Origin: Camelus dromedarius
Taxonomy: Eukaryota
Assembly (NCBI RefSeq): GCF_036321535.1
Contig: NC_087453.1
Coordinates: forward strand, 7,316,001 to 7,380,000
Length of the DNA stretch: 64,000 nt
Direction: 5' to 3'
A program made the position numbers and the translations under genes. Each line of letters begins with the position of its first letter. Position 1 is the stretch's first letter. Below, one piece after another: positions 24,346 to 36,110 of this stretch. A model generated the notes under the pieces. The model saw only the letters and a list, made by a program, of their open reading frames with translations. It was not told the origin of the DNA and searched no databases.

Positions 24346-24849
24346 TTGCTTATATACTGTTTCTTTCTACCTTTACAGGTGAGAAAACAGACGTGAGTTG
24401 TTCCAATAACTTGCCCAAGATCTGCGGCTAATAAGGAGTGAAGGGAGGATCGGCTCAGTCAAGATGCCAAAACCTGCAGGAATACAAGGTAGCCATTAAA
24501 GATCATGGGATATGACTGACGTGGAAAAATATTCGTGATTCCTTGTTCCGTAAAAATATATAACTCAACATAGTATGAACAGTAGGAGGATAATTTGGTA
24601 GGTAGTGCACATTCACATACAAACATGGAATTTTCTAAAATTAACATATATTCCTTTTATAATCAGAATTAGACATGAAAGAGGTTATTTTTAATCATTT
24701 TGTGAATATTTAATGACATTATACAGTAAGCAAAAATAGAAGGTGCCAGTTGCGTATATTATGAAATTTGAAAATGTTGAAGGCCCAAATCTCCATGCCA
24801 GGGGGCCCTTCTAACTGATGTCCTCATCTGCCCCTGGTTGATGTCATCT

Positions 24850-24889
24850 TATATGTACGTGTACACACACACACACGCGCGCGCACGCG
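24850..24889. repeat. 40-bp perfect purine/pyrimidine alternation, (CA)n into (CG)n
   Basis: tatatgtacgtgtacacacacacacacgcgcgcgcacgcg. Confidence 0.9.
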
Positions 24890-25261
24890 AGCGCACAAAA
24901 GATGGGACAGCAGTACGTTAAAATATCATTGAGCCTCTGAGAGGTGGGGTTTAATCTTTTTCATCATACTTGCAAAAATATTTTCCAAATTTTTACAATA
25001 TAAACATAGAACTTTTAACATAAGGAAAAAGTTATAATTAATACTTGTACTTATATATAATATATGTAAAACAACACAACAGAGCTTTCCCTATTACATG
25101 TATATTATGTATAAACACATGCATTTGTATTTACTTTTGTAAAGTTGTATTTTTACTGGAAAAATTCAAACATGGAGAATAGTAGGACCCCCCACATACT
25201 CATTATCCAGACGCAAGAATTGTCAAGACTGTGCTGCATTTACTCCAGTTTATCAGGAAAG

Positions 25262-25440
25262 AGGGCCAAGTTTAGAGTGAGGCACTCACCTCAGGTGAAA
25301 AATTAGAGGCAGCACCGAAAAACTCAAGTAATCATGATAAATAATATTTAATGCAATATTTTTTAATTAATGCAAAAAATCCACAATGAACAAATATAAA
25401 AAATTTTAAAAGGACAGGATCTACCCCTTTGCTTGCAAGA
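25262..25440 (+). mobile_element. hAT-Tip100-type MITE (MER91/MER96-like)
   Basis: caccgaaaaactcaagtaatcatgataaataatattttaatgcaatatt...aaaattttaaaaggacaggat. Confidence 0.55.
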
Positions 25441-25487
25441 CCCCCCTCACCCTAGTCCCAGCCCTGTCTTCTAGAAGGAATGTGAGT

Positions 25488-25563
25488 GGAGGAGGAAGGG
25501 GAGGAGGAGGAGGAGGAAGGGGAGGAGGAGGAGGAAGGGGAGGAGGAGGAGAAAGAGAGAGGA
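25488..25563 (+). repeat. 76-bp pure homopurine (GGA)n/GGAAGGG compound repeat
   Basis: Only G and A from 25488 to 25563; three GGAAGGGG(AGG)n units. Confidence 0.9.
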
Positions 25564-26259
25564 TAAGAGCAAGAGCTGAGCGCTCAGAGGCAGGTCCCAG
25601 CCTGGGGGACAGAGAGGGGGAGGGGCCTGCCCAAAGCAAACCCAAAAGACAGGTGGGGCGCGGGCTGGCCCCTGCAAGAGGCAGGTGGGCTTTGAACTGG
25701 CCAAGGATTAGTGAGGGGCCTACAGAACAGCCTGGGTCTCTGGGCTCTGCCAACAGCCGCAGTTAACAGCTTTAATAGTCAAGCCTTCAGGAAAATCATG
25801 CCGAACGTTGCACCCTGTAATTTCTAGTAAGAGATTCTGCAATAGGACCATATTACAGTAAAGAGGAGTTCGGGAGCTAAACCTCAATCTACCAGAGCCC
25901 CCATTTACACCCACAAACCCCAATTATATCCACATTGCTTTTCACCAAGTGCATCTCCAATGAAAGAGTGCTGGAAGCATACACCTGAAAAATTACTTGT
26001 GTAAAAGTTACAAACTAGGTATAATTACAGGAGAGAGATTCAGTTCATCTCTTCATATCATCTTAGATGACGGCAAAGAACGCTGCCAAAAAAGTTAAGC
26101 CTACATTGGGAAGAGTTTTTGAGGATATGTATTTAAGGAAATATTCAAAGAATGAAAAGAAGCACATGTGCTTTCTAGTTTTAGCTGCGTAGATATCCTG
26201 GCAAATGAAGAAGGTACAATCCTTATCATAACAGAAGAAAAACCTGCCCCCTCTCTCAC

Positions 26260-26260
<1 letters not shown>

Positions 26261-26291
<31 letters not shown>
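26261..26291 (+). repeat. Poly(A)31 tract
   Basis: Seen directly. Confidence 0.95.
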
Positions 26292-26293
<2 letters not shown>

Positions 26294-27315
26294 ACAAAGT
26301 TTTCATAAACAGAAAGTCCTGGTTATATTGCCATCAACACCTTCTAGCCACTGGTTTGAAATCTAAGACACAGTCTGGAACTTCCCTAAAACTTACTGAC
26401 CACCAAGTAACAGATCTGGACAAGAAGGAAACTCCCAAATAATACATTTCAGAAGAAAAAGTAAACATCACTTAGGAGGTTGAACCTCAGCTCTGACAAG
26501 ATACTTAATATTTCCTGCACACTTCCCCCAAATTAATAATTATACATACTAGAAAGGAAGCAGACAAATTACTGTTTTAACGTAACTAATTTGACATTTA
26601 TTCATTGTTGTAAAATTATTATTGTCACATAGTCTCACTTTAATGTGCACATGTCAATAAGGCAGGCCAAGGATGGGTGTTTTAAATAGTTTCTAGAAGG
26701 AAGACAATTAATTTTTATGATTGTTGCATAAACATTGCATTAAGTGTCAAAGTAACACATTGGAGGAATTCAAATGGCTTCATAAAATCGAAGAGAAGGA
26801 AAGTCATAATTACACATATCAGAGAATGATTGACTGCCCTTTCAACAGAATTCCTTTGCTGAAGATTAACAGACTTGGTTTTTGCCAGAATGTTCCAAAA
26901 TCTGTGCCATTGGTGAGACGGGAGATAAATATGATTCTATTTTAATTGTTTCGTGTTTATTTTAATGTATCTCAGAAATAAATATCACAAGTGTGCCAAG
27001 CCTGAGATGCCACCATGATATTGCTTATGATCAACTTTTGTTTTAAAAGAAGTTCCTATAAATGAAAATATAACAAAGTCATGGTGTAAGGATTACACAG
27101 ATTAGAACAGATGACATCAGGACAGCGCACCCCTGAGGATCGCTCCCATTTCCCCGCACACGGACTCCCAGCGCGCTCCTGCTCCCAGCAGCCCCGTGCT
27201 TGGGCTCTTTGTCCACCTCGAGCTGCCACAGCCAGTTTTGCCTGGGATCAGGGGAGCTAGAAATGCCTTACCCAAGCCCTCAGCTAATGACCAACAGGTG
27301 CAAGGGTAGAGACCT

Positions 27316-27660
27316 GCTCAGTCCAATAGAAATACAATGCCATCCACCCGGGTCAGTTAAAGTGTTCTAGCAGCTACTTTCCTACAGAGGCAGAAATGAG
27401 CAGGTGAGATAATTTGGAGTGTGCATTTCATTTAACCCATTAGAGTCAAAACAGATGAATATGTAGTCAATATTAAAAATTACTAATGAGATCTTTCACT
27501 GTTGGGTTTGTTTTGTTTTGTTTTGTTTTGTTTTTGGTACTGTGTGCTCAAAATCTCATATGTGTGTCACACTCACAGGACATCTCGATTTGGACTAGCC
27601 ACATTTCAAGGGCTCAGTGGCCACGTGTGGCTAGGGGCTGCCACCTTGAACAGAGCAGAT
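27316..27660 (+). mobile_element. MER33 (hAT-Charlie) with internal (TTTTG)n
   Basis: gtccaatagaaatacaatg...ggactagccacatttcaagggctcagtggccacgtgtggctag...aacagagcag. Confidence 0.85.
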
Positions 27661-27669
27661 CTACACAGC

Positions 27670-27924
27670 TGCTGTGGACTGAATGTTTGTGTCCCCTCCA
27701 CCACTGCACCACCCCTGTTCTTTCTCTGCCTCTCTGCCATGTACAGTTATCTGCAGACCGGAAGGAGAGCTCCCACCCAGAAACAGATTGGCTGGCACCT
27801 TGACCTTGGACATCCCAACGTCTAAAAATGTGAGAGACAAATTTATGCTTTTGAAGCCCCCCCCCCACACACATACAAACCCTGTCTATGGATTTTTGTT
27901 ACAGCTGCCCACGCTGACTGAGAC
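27670..27924 (+). mobile_element. MLT1A-like LTR, internally deleted
   Basis: tgctgtggactgaatgtttgtgtcccc start, gctggcaccttgaccttggac, gactgagaca end. Confidence 0.8.
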
Positions 27925-27977
27925 AACAGCTGAGTATGAGCTACAGTGTCCCCAGATTCAACCAGGGGTTCAATTCA

Positions 27978-27999
27978 GGGGTTAGGGTTAGGGTTAGGG
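27978..27999 (+). repeat. Short interstitial telomere-type repeat GGGG(TTAGGG)3 within a minus-strand MLT1 end (about 27930-28047)
   Basis: ggggttagggttagggttaggg seen directly; followed by ttcaaccaatataatttttggagggtccacaattcaacccacaaca (MLT1 start on the minus strand). Confidence 0.9.
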
Positions 28000-28750
28000 A
28001 TTCAACCAATATAATTTTTGGAGGGTCCACAATTCAACCCACAACAGAACCTGGGCCCTAACCTATTTGTGTGTCTCTTTCAGCATTTCCCAGGTAAGAA
28101 GACTTTAAGGGGAAAAAAGTATATATATGTAATGTGGAACTCGTGCCAGAAATGAGCTGCTATGAGACCTTCCTGAAATCTTCTTGGTCAATTCTGTTCA
28201 CGTTCGTTCTCCTTCTTACTCTAGGACTGGTCAGCCAAGTGTACACACTAAAGTCATCTTTTTTCTTTTTTTTTTTTTAACTTGAGCCAAATATGCTAGG
28301 ACACAGGGCTGAAGAGTAATGACACCTTGAAGTGCTGAATAAGTTTTTTGGAAGAAAATATGTCACATGTCTGCCAACAAAAAAAGATGAAGCAAGCGAT
28401 GAAATCTCTGGTAAAAATCAAAAAGGAAGTCAGTTGTGATATTTCAGCCATCGAGTCATCTTGGCAGCGTGGTGAAAAAGATGAAAGTCGGTGACCGTCA
28501 CTGTGTACCTTTCGTCTGCCTCTGACACCTCCTGGACGTGGTCTCATTAACACCAACTTCATCTCCTTTGACCAGAGGAGGTCTTGGGACCCTTTCATAC
28601 ACTGTGGTCAGACAAAAATGCTGACCCAACATGATCTCTGTGTCTCACACTTTTAGCTGGATTTCTGTTACGTTAATAGGAGTTTGGGGCCTTGAATGCA
28701 TTTCAAAAACCTTTTAAGTGCTCCTGATACGATAAAAGCATACTCTAACC

Positions 28751-28784
28751 CAGGCTGCAGGCTGCAGGCTGCAGGCTGCAGGCT
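28751..28784 (+). repeat. (CAGGCTG)4.9 heptamer tandem repeat
   Basis: caggctgcaggctgcaggctgcaggctgcaggct. Confidence 0.95.
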
Positions 28785-29123
28785 TCGTTTTGAGTTACTA
28801 GGTTCGTGAGTTTTTCAAGCACTTCTCCACACCCACCTGTTCATCTCGGGCACAGGCACTAAAATTCCCTTTGTGTCCCAAAGCAGAGGGAAGTTTCCTC
28901 TCACTACTGGACCAGATTACCACAAACTTAGTGCCTTGACACAACACAAATGCATTATCTTACAGCCGTGGAGGTCAAAAGTCCAAACACAGTCTCACTG
29001 GGCTGCATTTAAGGTTTTGAGCAGGTCTGGTTCCTGATGGAGGTGTTAGAACCAGGTCAAAGGAGGAGCCAAAGGACGAACACATTCACAGAGCAGGGAC
29101 ATGGAGTGACTGTGTGAACAGAG

Positions 29124-29386
29124 CTGTACTGGTTTCGTAAAGCTGCCATAGCAAATTACCACAATTTAATGTCTTCAAAATACTAAGTGGCCATTATCTA
29201 CAGTGCAGAAGTCGCAGAGCCAAGATGTCATGTCGGCAAAGCTGCATTCCTTCTGGAGGTTTAAGGGGAGAATCCATTTCCTGGTCGTTTCCAGCGTCTA
29301 GAGGTGCCTGCATTCCTTGGCTCATGGCCCCTTCCTCCATCTTCAAATCCATCAGGGTAGCAACTTCAAGCCTCTCTCTCTCTCTC

Positions 29387-29424
<38 letters not shown>

Positions 29425-29635
29425 CTCTTCTTTGGTCTCCACATCTCCTCCTGCCTCCGTTTTATAAGGACCCTTGTGATGACATTGGGCCCACCCAGGA
29501 AGTCCAGGATCATCTCCGCAATCTGAGATCCTTCATTTGGTCACATCTGCAAGGTCCTTGTTGCTATTAAGGTGACAGTTTCCAGGAATAAGGACTTGGA
29601 CATCTTGGGGGGCGGGGCATTACTCTGCCAACACA
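29124..29635 (-). mobile_element. MLT1C/D-like LTR, near full length, with (CT)n at about 29372-29421; a second MLT1 fragment at about 28905-29040
   Basis: aagctgccatagcaaattaccaca...ggagaatccatttcc...ttataaggacccttgtgatgacattgggcccaccc...ctgccaacaca. Confidence 0.85.
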
Positions 29636-29819
29636 GGAGGAGAAATTGGAAACTGGAAACCAACTTGCCTCTAATTCAGCATCAGAGGAGGAGAGGTGTG
29701 TAGAAATCTATTAATACACACAGCCTCTCCCTGAGCCTCAGATCTCGCCTCCACAGAGCCCACTGCTAGGGATTCAGACTACACACCCTTCCAAAGGTAA
29801 AGCCTCGTCTTAAATTTTT

Positions 29820-30020
29820 CATTAATTAATGTATTTTTATTTTATTTTCTAATTTAAAATGCAGATCATTTGATTTTGTTTCTTTAGATGTACAGTTTTA
29901 TAAATTTTAACCCCTATATCGACATGTGTAACCACCCCCACAAGCAGGATACAGAACAGTTCCATCACCCCCACCAGAAAAGACCCTCATCCTGCCCCTT
30001 TATAGCCACACTCTCCCCAA
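29820..30020 (-). mobile_element. L1MB 3' fragment
   Basis: gtacagttttataaattttaac...gtgtaaccacccccacaagcaggatacagaacagttccatcaccccc. Confidence 0.75.
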
Positions 30021-30859
30021 CCCGTTAAAATCTTAAAATCTTTAAGGTGTGTTCACTTTCCTGTCTGTATGGGAGCCATGACTCTACCTTTTCTGAGAAT
30101 TATCTTGCAACACTAGAAAGCAGGTGAACAAATGGCCACTGAACCAGCCATCTCAGGAAAGCTGCCTCCTAAGCTGGCCGTGGGAAAGGCCAGGAAGGAA
30201 CCGTGCATCCTGCAAAGCCCTGGAGACGCTCAGGAATTAGTGGCACGAGAAACCTCTGCAAGTTGGAGGTAAAAATGTGACCCAAAAAGGATGAGTGTGT
30301 GAAAATCTAAGAAAGAGCTAGAAGCCTTTGCTCCCCTCCCCCATGCCACACGCTGGGCATCCAGCTCTCTTCAAACCAGTTTCCACATCTGGACTTTGGG
30401 CTTTTGAGAGGATAGAAAAGAAGGTCAGGGGACAGGGAGCTTCAGGCTCAGGGACTGAACTGAAAACAGAGGAGCAGGTGAAAGGTTACATTCTGATTGC
30501 TGAGATTCTCCACGCCACCTCTCACCTCCCCCCCCCCCCTCCAAGGCCACAGGCAGGAAGGCTGATGTCCTCCAGGCAGGCAAGTGGATGAGGATTCTCT
30601 GGAAATTTTGCTTGGTGTAGAAAAAGAAAACCTAAAGATACTGATATGTGGGTGAAGGGGGTGGGGTGGGCAGTGACACAGCCCAGCCAGGTCATCCTAC
30701 AGTGATGCTCAGGCTTGACAAGCAACCGCCCTCATCCCGAGCTCTCAGAGCCGCCCATCAGGTCTTCGGTGCCTCCTTCTAGGAGATGCCTGGACACCCG
30801 ACGTCCACAAGACCTTTGAAGACACCTGAAAGACAAGCTAAAAGAACCAAACAGCCAAA

Positions 30860-31475
30860 GTCAGGCCACACGGAGGGAGTCAAAACTACGCAGGAGGAAG
30901 AAAAATCTCTCCCCCTAAAACATTAACATCGTCAAAAAGAGAAAATACCGCAGCCACACGTAAGAGTCAGATGTCAATTTTTTAAAAATTCGGATAACAA
31001 AGAAGAGTTCTGAGAAATTAAAAATACGACTGCAGAAATGAAAAACTAAATAGAAAGCTTGGATGATACAGTTGAAGAAATACTCCAGAAAGTAGAGCAA
31101 AATAAATCAAGACATGGAACTTGGAGAGAAATGATAAATTGGAAAGGAGAGGACCAATGCAGGAGTTCCAGTCCCAAATACTGGGAGTTCTAGAAAGAGA
31201 ACAGAGAAGACAGAGGGAAAGGGGAAAAAGCCCAATAAAATGTCCCAGAGCCAGAGGACATGAGTTATTAGGCAGCAGGGATCCGTGCAATGAGTGGATA
31301 TAGACCCAACAAATAAACATCATCATTAAAATTCAGACTACAGAAAGACAAGGAAAAGTAATTAAAAGCTGGTGGAAAAAATATGAAGTTTTTATCAAAA
31401 GGTACAACTATCAGAATGGCATCGACATGAAAAAGTCAAGGACAGTGGAGCGAGGCCACCAAATTTCTGAGGGAC
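30860..31475 (+). mobile_element. HAL1/L1M ORF1 relic
   Basis: gaaattaaaaatacgactgcagaaatgaaaaac...gttgaagaaatactccagaaagtagagcaaaa...ggagttctagaaagagaacagagaa. Confidence 0.7.
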
Positions 31476-31486
31476 AGTTATAGCTG

Positions 31487-32108
31487 ATCCTCATTATTAG
31501 TGGATTCAGTATTTGGAATTTATCTACTCGCTACAATATACTTTTAACACCAAAATCAATACTTGAGGTGCTTTTCAGGTCATTTAGAGACACGTGCAGA
31601 GCAGCACAAAATCTGAGTCCCGTGAAGCACACGTTTCCAGCTGGGGCCAACCAAGGCAACGCTCTGCCTTCCCTTCCCGATCTCGTGTCTAAGCAAGTGT
31701 CCTCTTCACAGTGCATTTAGGGCCACGGTTTTTGTGTGTGCTTCTTGTCAGTGATTTCAAACCGTTTGAAACGGCCCCAAGCTTGCGCTGAACTGCTCTT
31801 GGTGCAAGAAGCTCCCACGCGCCCCATGGGGAACATGGGTGCAGGGGAGGAGTGTGGCTCAGGCACAGGCAGCCGCTCTGTTGGCAGAGTCCGATGCTCA
31901 TGAATAAACAGTGCATATGAAATAAGTTGTCCTTCAACAGAAACACACACAAAATAGGATTATGGACTGATGGGCGGATGAAAATGTCATGACCAGGGGC
32001 TCAAAGGAACCCAACTCTGTATTTCTCCCGGACAGCAGCTCAGTATTGGCTAATTTGGTGGTTATGGTAACTGCAGGACACGCTCCCTCGAACAACAAGA
32101 ATCAACTA
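31487..32108 (+). mobile_element. MER82 (TcMar-Tigger), near full length
   Basis: gctgatcctcattattagtggattcagtatttggaa...ccaaaatcaatacttg...cagaaacacacacaaaatagg...gaacaacaagaatcaact. Confidence 0.8.
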
Positions 32109-32127
32109 GAATTATAACCTAGGGTGT

Positions 32128-32505
32128 TTCTTTTGCTTTTGTTTTGTAATACAGACAGTGACTTTTTTCGTTCAGCATACAGTTCTATGAATTTTAACAC
32201 ATGTCTAGATTTGGGTGACCACCCCCACAGTCAGGACACCAAACAGTTCAATCCCCCACCCTCAAAATCTCCATGGTGTTGCCCATTTGTACCCAAGGCT
32301 TCCCCTCACCCTTCAACCCTGGCCATCACTGCTCTGTTCTCCATCGCCATCATTTTGGCTTTTAGAGAGTGTCCTACAAATGGAATCCTACAGTAGGTAA
32401 CCTTTGAGACTGGTTTCTCTTACTCAACCGACTGCTTCTGGGATTCATCCAAGTTTTTATGTGTATCTGTCATGTGTTCCTTTTCACTGCTGAGTAATAG
32501 TCTAT
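32128..32505 (-). mobile_element. L1MB 3' fragment
   Basis: catacagttctatgaattttaacacatg...aaatggaatcctacagtaggtaacctttgagactggtttct. Confidence 0.8.
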
Positions 32506-34329
32506 CCAGCCTAGCATTTTAAACTCAAATCAATAAAAGTATGAGGATACACATGTTCGATCTTGAAATGTACTTTCCTTCTACTTTGTCACAGGAGTCT
32601 GCTACACACACACACACACAAAGTGGATGGTGGAGAATAAACCAAGTGGAGACATGAGATCTGTAAAACCAGGGCATCTGCCATCAGGAGGAAGCCTGTG
32701 AAATCTCCAGGATGATGATAAAGACAGCGGCCCAAGACACAGCTGCTCAGCTGCTCCAGCCCACACGGAAGAACCTTCAGAACATGAATGCAATAGAAAT
32801 GGTGAAGTATTTGAATACAGTGAGAAGAGAGTTACACATTGCGGTGGTAGTGGGAGGATTCAGATGAATTAGTGCACAGAAAAGTAAGCAGATAAACAGA
32901 AGAGGGAAAATTTTAACTCTAATGAAAACAAAAAGTTGTGCAGAACAGGAAAAATAATCAGAATATCTTATGGCACAACTATGACCAGGATTTACATAAT
33001 GCGAACATTGAATATTTGTCTAAATATAATTACACTGTGATTCTTTGGGGGCCTGGAAAATAGGGGTGGAGAGATCACTCTCGTTCATAACAAGCCTTGT
33101 GGAATTATTTAACTCTTTAAAACTACGTGCCTTTACAACGTGGATGAAAATGAAAACTAAACTAAAAACAAATTTAATTTGGTGAAATACATTTTTTTCT
33201 AAATCAGGCCAGCAAGAGGAAGAAAAAAAATCCATTCCTGAGAACACCATCTTTGACGTAGGAGTCATTAATCCCCTTCTTTGTTTAAAGCCAGTTCAAA
33301 GTTGGATTTCTGTCATTAACAACTGACAGAAAACTGGCAAATACCAAAGCTATGGACCCTCCACAGCAGGAAGCACCACGTCTTCATTTAGGCCCCCCTC
33401 TGAGCAGCCCAGAGGGTGCCTGATGTGCCGAATGCGACCACGAAGATGCCCTGCCAGCTGGGCGTCCACTCCCGCTGCAGGGCTCGCTTGCTGCTACTGC
33501 ACACAGTGGCCAAGGCGCCACGGAGCTGCTGCAGGACCCAGGGTTCCAGATCCCCAAGGCACACGGCGCCCAAGCCGACAGACCCGGGGCTGGCCCAGTG
33601 TCTGGCCAGAACTCCTGGTTGGTCCACTTGCAGGCAGTCGTCCTGATCTCTGCCTTTATGTAACCTGGTTACTTCATTGCATCCTCAGCCGTGCCCGCTT
33701 AGTGGATCCGGGCTCACTGCAGGGGGTTGCTTAAACCGCACCTCTGTGTTCTGCAGGTGGCAGTTCATCAGTATTGTAAAATATACAATATTTCACCTCT
33801 AAGTCTGATTGGACTTGAAAGCCATTTGCACCATCACAAGAAATTCCAACATTTACCAGTGACAACAAAGGAGATCCTTACTGTTAGAGCCTTTAAATAA
33901 AATGTTAGTATTGGAAATTTCTGAAAGGGTGTTCTAAAAAAACTAGTTGTATATTTCTATATAGTCTCCCTGTACTCACAAAGCTTTTCATTGATGGTAC
34001 CTATCAAATATGTGACAAGATCATCATTAGAAAGACCCAAAAAGGAATTACATGTAGCCACTTTAAGCATAAAATCTGATACATAAAAGTTGTGTTTATG
34101 GATGCAAACTCAATTTTCTCATGTAAAGATCTGATATTTTGTAACAAGAAGTTTTATACAATTATAATATTTAATTTCTAAAACTACTTTATATATTTTA
34201 AGGAAATAACATAAATATGGTTAATTTATTTTACCAGCCTCCATATCAATGCCTCAAAATTTCTGCCATTTTACCCTGGTGTGACAATAATTAATTATTG
34301 TTTTAATCGTGTGTCCTGATGTGAAAAAA

Positions 34330-36110
34330 GCTAGAGAGAGCTGGCTGAAATCATAAGGACATTTATTAGTACAATTAATGAGAAGTCAGGAGGTAGGCAG
34401 TCCCAGAGCGGAGTCAGGGCTCAGTGGTGTCAGCAAGATCGCAGGTTCTTTTCCCTTTTGCTCTCCACCTACCTCAGCATCCCAGCTTCTGCCTGCAGGC
34501 TTGCCCCTGGAGTCCACAGGACGGTGGCCACAGCTCGGGGAAACCTGGTCCACTCATGGCAACGCCCAGAGTGAAGAGGATGAAGCTGGGAATGAGGAAG
34601 GAAAGGGCTTTCTTCTCACATGCCTCTTTCTTTTCAGGATGGAAGGTCTTTCTCAGGAGGTGCCAGGAGATTTCCTCTGTGTCTTACTGAGCAGAATTTG
34701 GTCACATGTTCCAAGGTATGTTTTGGGGTTTTTTTCTGACACCAAGCAGTTCTCCAACACCAGCTGGGTGTCCTATTCAATTCTGACACTCCCTACCTGT
34801 AGATCCCACAGGTTAAGGGCTCAGCCCTACAGGACTGCCTCCACTCCAGTTCAGAAGCCAATCACAAGTCCCTGTTGTCACCTGTGCTTCTGACAACAGC
34901 TGTAGATCAGGGGTTCCAAAGACCTCCTCCCTGGAGTTCAGTTAATTTGCTGGGTGGCTCACAGAACTCAGAGAAACATTTTACTTACCAGTTACCAGTT
35001 TATTATAAAAGGACACAACTCAGGAACAGCCAGATGGAAGAGATACCCGGGGCAAGGATGTGGGAAGGGGCCCAGAGCTCTCATGCTCTCCCTGAATCGC
35101 CATACGTTCCCCAACCCGGAAGCTCTCTGATGTCTGTCCTTTTGGGTTTTTATGGAGGTTCCATTACAGAGGCAGAGTTGATTAAATCACTGGCCATTGG
35201 CGATTACTCTGAGGGGAGGAGGGGAGGTAAGACTGAAAGTTCCAACCCTCTCATCTCAGGGTTGGTTCCCCCTGACAACCAGCCCCCATCCTTAGGCTAC
35301 TTAGGGGCTTTCCAAAAGTCACCTCATTAACATAACAAAAGATATTTTTATTCCTCACAGCACTTAGGAAATTCCAGGGGTTTCAGGAGCTCCATGCCAA
35401 GAAATGTTGAAAACCAAATACATATTTCTCACTATAAATCACAATATCCCACCTGTCCACTGGATAAATTAATCACTAGTGAAAGGAAATGACTATTTCC
35501 ATGTATAGCTTAGTCTGAGGCTGGACACAGCCCCAGACAAAGCTGGTCCTGACCAAGGTAAGCAGTCCAGGAACACCAGCAAACCCAGGCCTGTCCAGCT
35601 ACTGGGAGGACTGGGGGTATCTCTGCCCTGAGGCATAACTGAGAAAAACTCCCTGTAAGATGTCGGCAGCCAAAGGCATCCTAACTGAAACAGGCCAGCA
35701 AGTCCACCAGTACAGAGCACTGGGGTAAGTGCTGGGATACGGCCACACAGGGATCTAGGGAAAGGCCCCTAAAGGCACCCAGGAGATCCTGAAGGAGGCT
35801 TCACAGAGACCTCGAGCCCAGACTAAAGGCGTGGTCATGATCCTGGGAGACAAAGTGGGAAACAGAACAGAATGCAGATGTACAGAAGCTTGGAGACGTT
35901 CCAGGGAATTCAGTGTGGGAGGAGACACTGGCCAGGTCGGGGTCCCATGCTCACCTTTGTGACCACTGGGACGGGGGTGGGGGGTGTGATTAACATTAGG
36001 CGGAGTGAGGGGGAGCCATTCCCAAAAGTAAGTCATGGAAAGAAGCAGTCCTGTTATCAGAAGTAAGAAAGGAGTCCTAGGAAGACCAAGCAAACAAAAA
36101 AGTCCACTAG
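34330..36110 (-). mobile_element. Fragmented MLT1 LTR interrupted by MER21 and probably another LTR
   Basis: MLT1-like 34330-34717 (gaagtcaggaggtaggcagtcc...gcagaatttggtcacatg) and terminal piece about 36040-36110 (cctgttatcagaag...gtccactaga). Confidence 0.5.
34718..35450 (-). mobile_element. MER21 (C-like) ERV LTR
   Basis: tctgacaccaagcagttctccaacaccagctgggtgtcc...gaaagttccaaccctct...aagtcacctcattaacataacaaaaga...ataaatcacaatatcccac. Confidence 0.8.

Noticed and set aside
25421-25766. Pro-rich, Gly-rich and Leu-rich ORFs
   Set aside because: Translation artefacts of the (GGA)n tract.
27118-27135. REST/RE1 site (GGACAGCGC half; also near 53775)
   Set aside because: Only the right half matches; no TTCAGCACC left half at the proper spacing.
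33388-33734. Possible processed pseudogene in the CpG-rich patch
   Set aside because: No frame gave a recognisable protein; no poly(A) tail or TSD seen.
34378-35330. 171-aa and 151-aa ORFs
   Set aside because: They lie within MLT1 and MER21 LTR sequence, which is non-coding.
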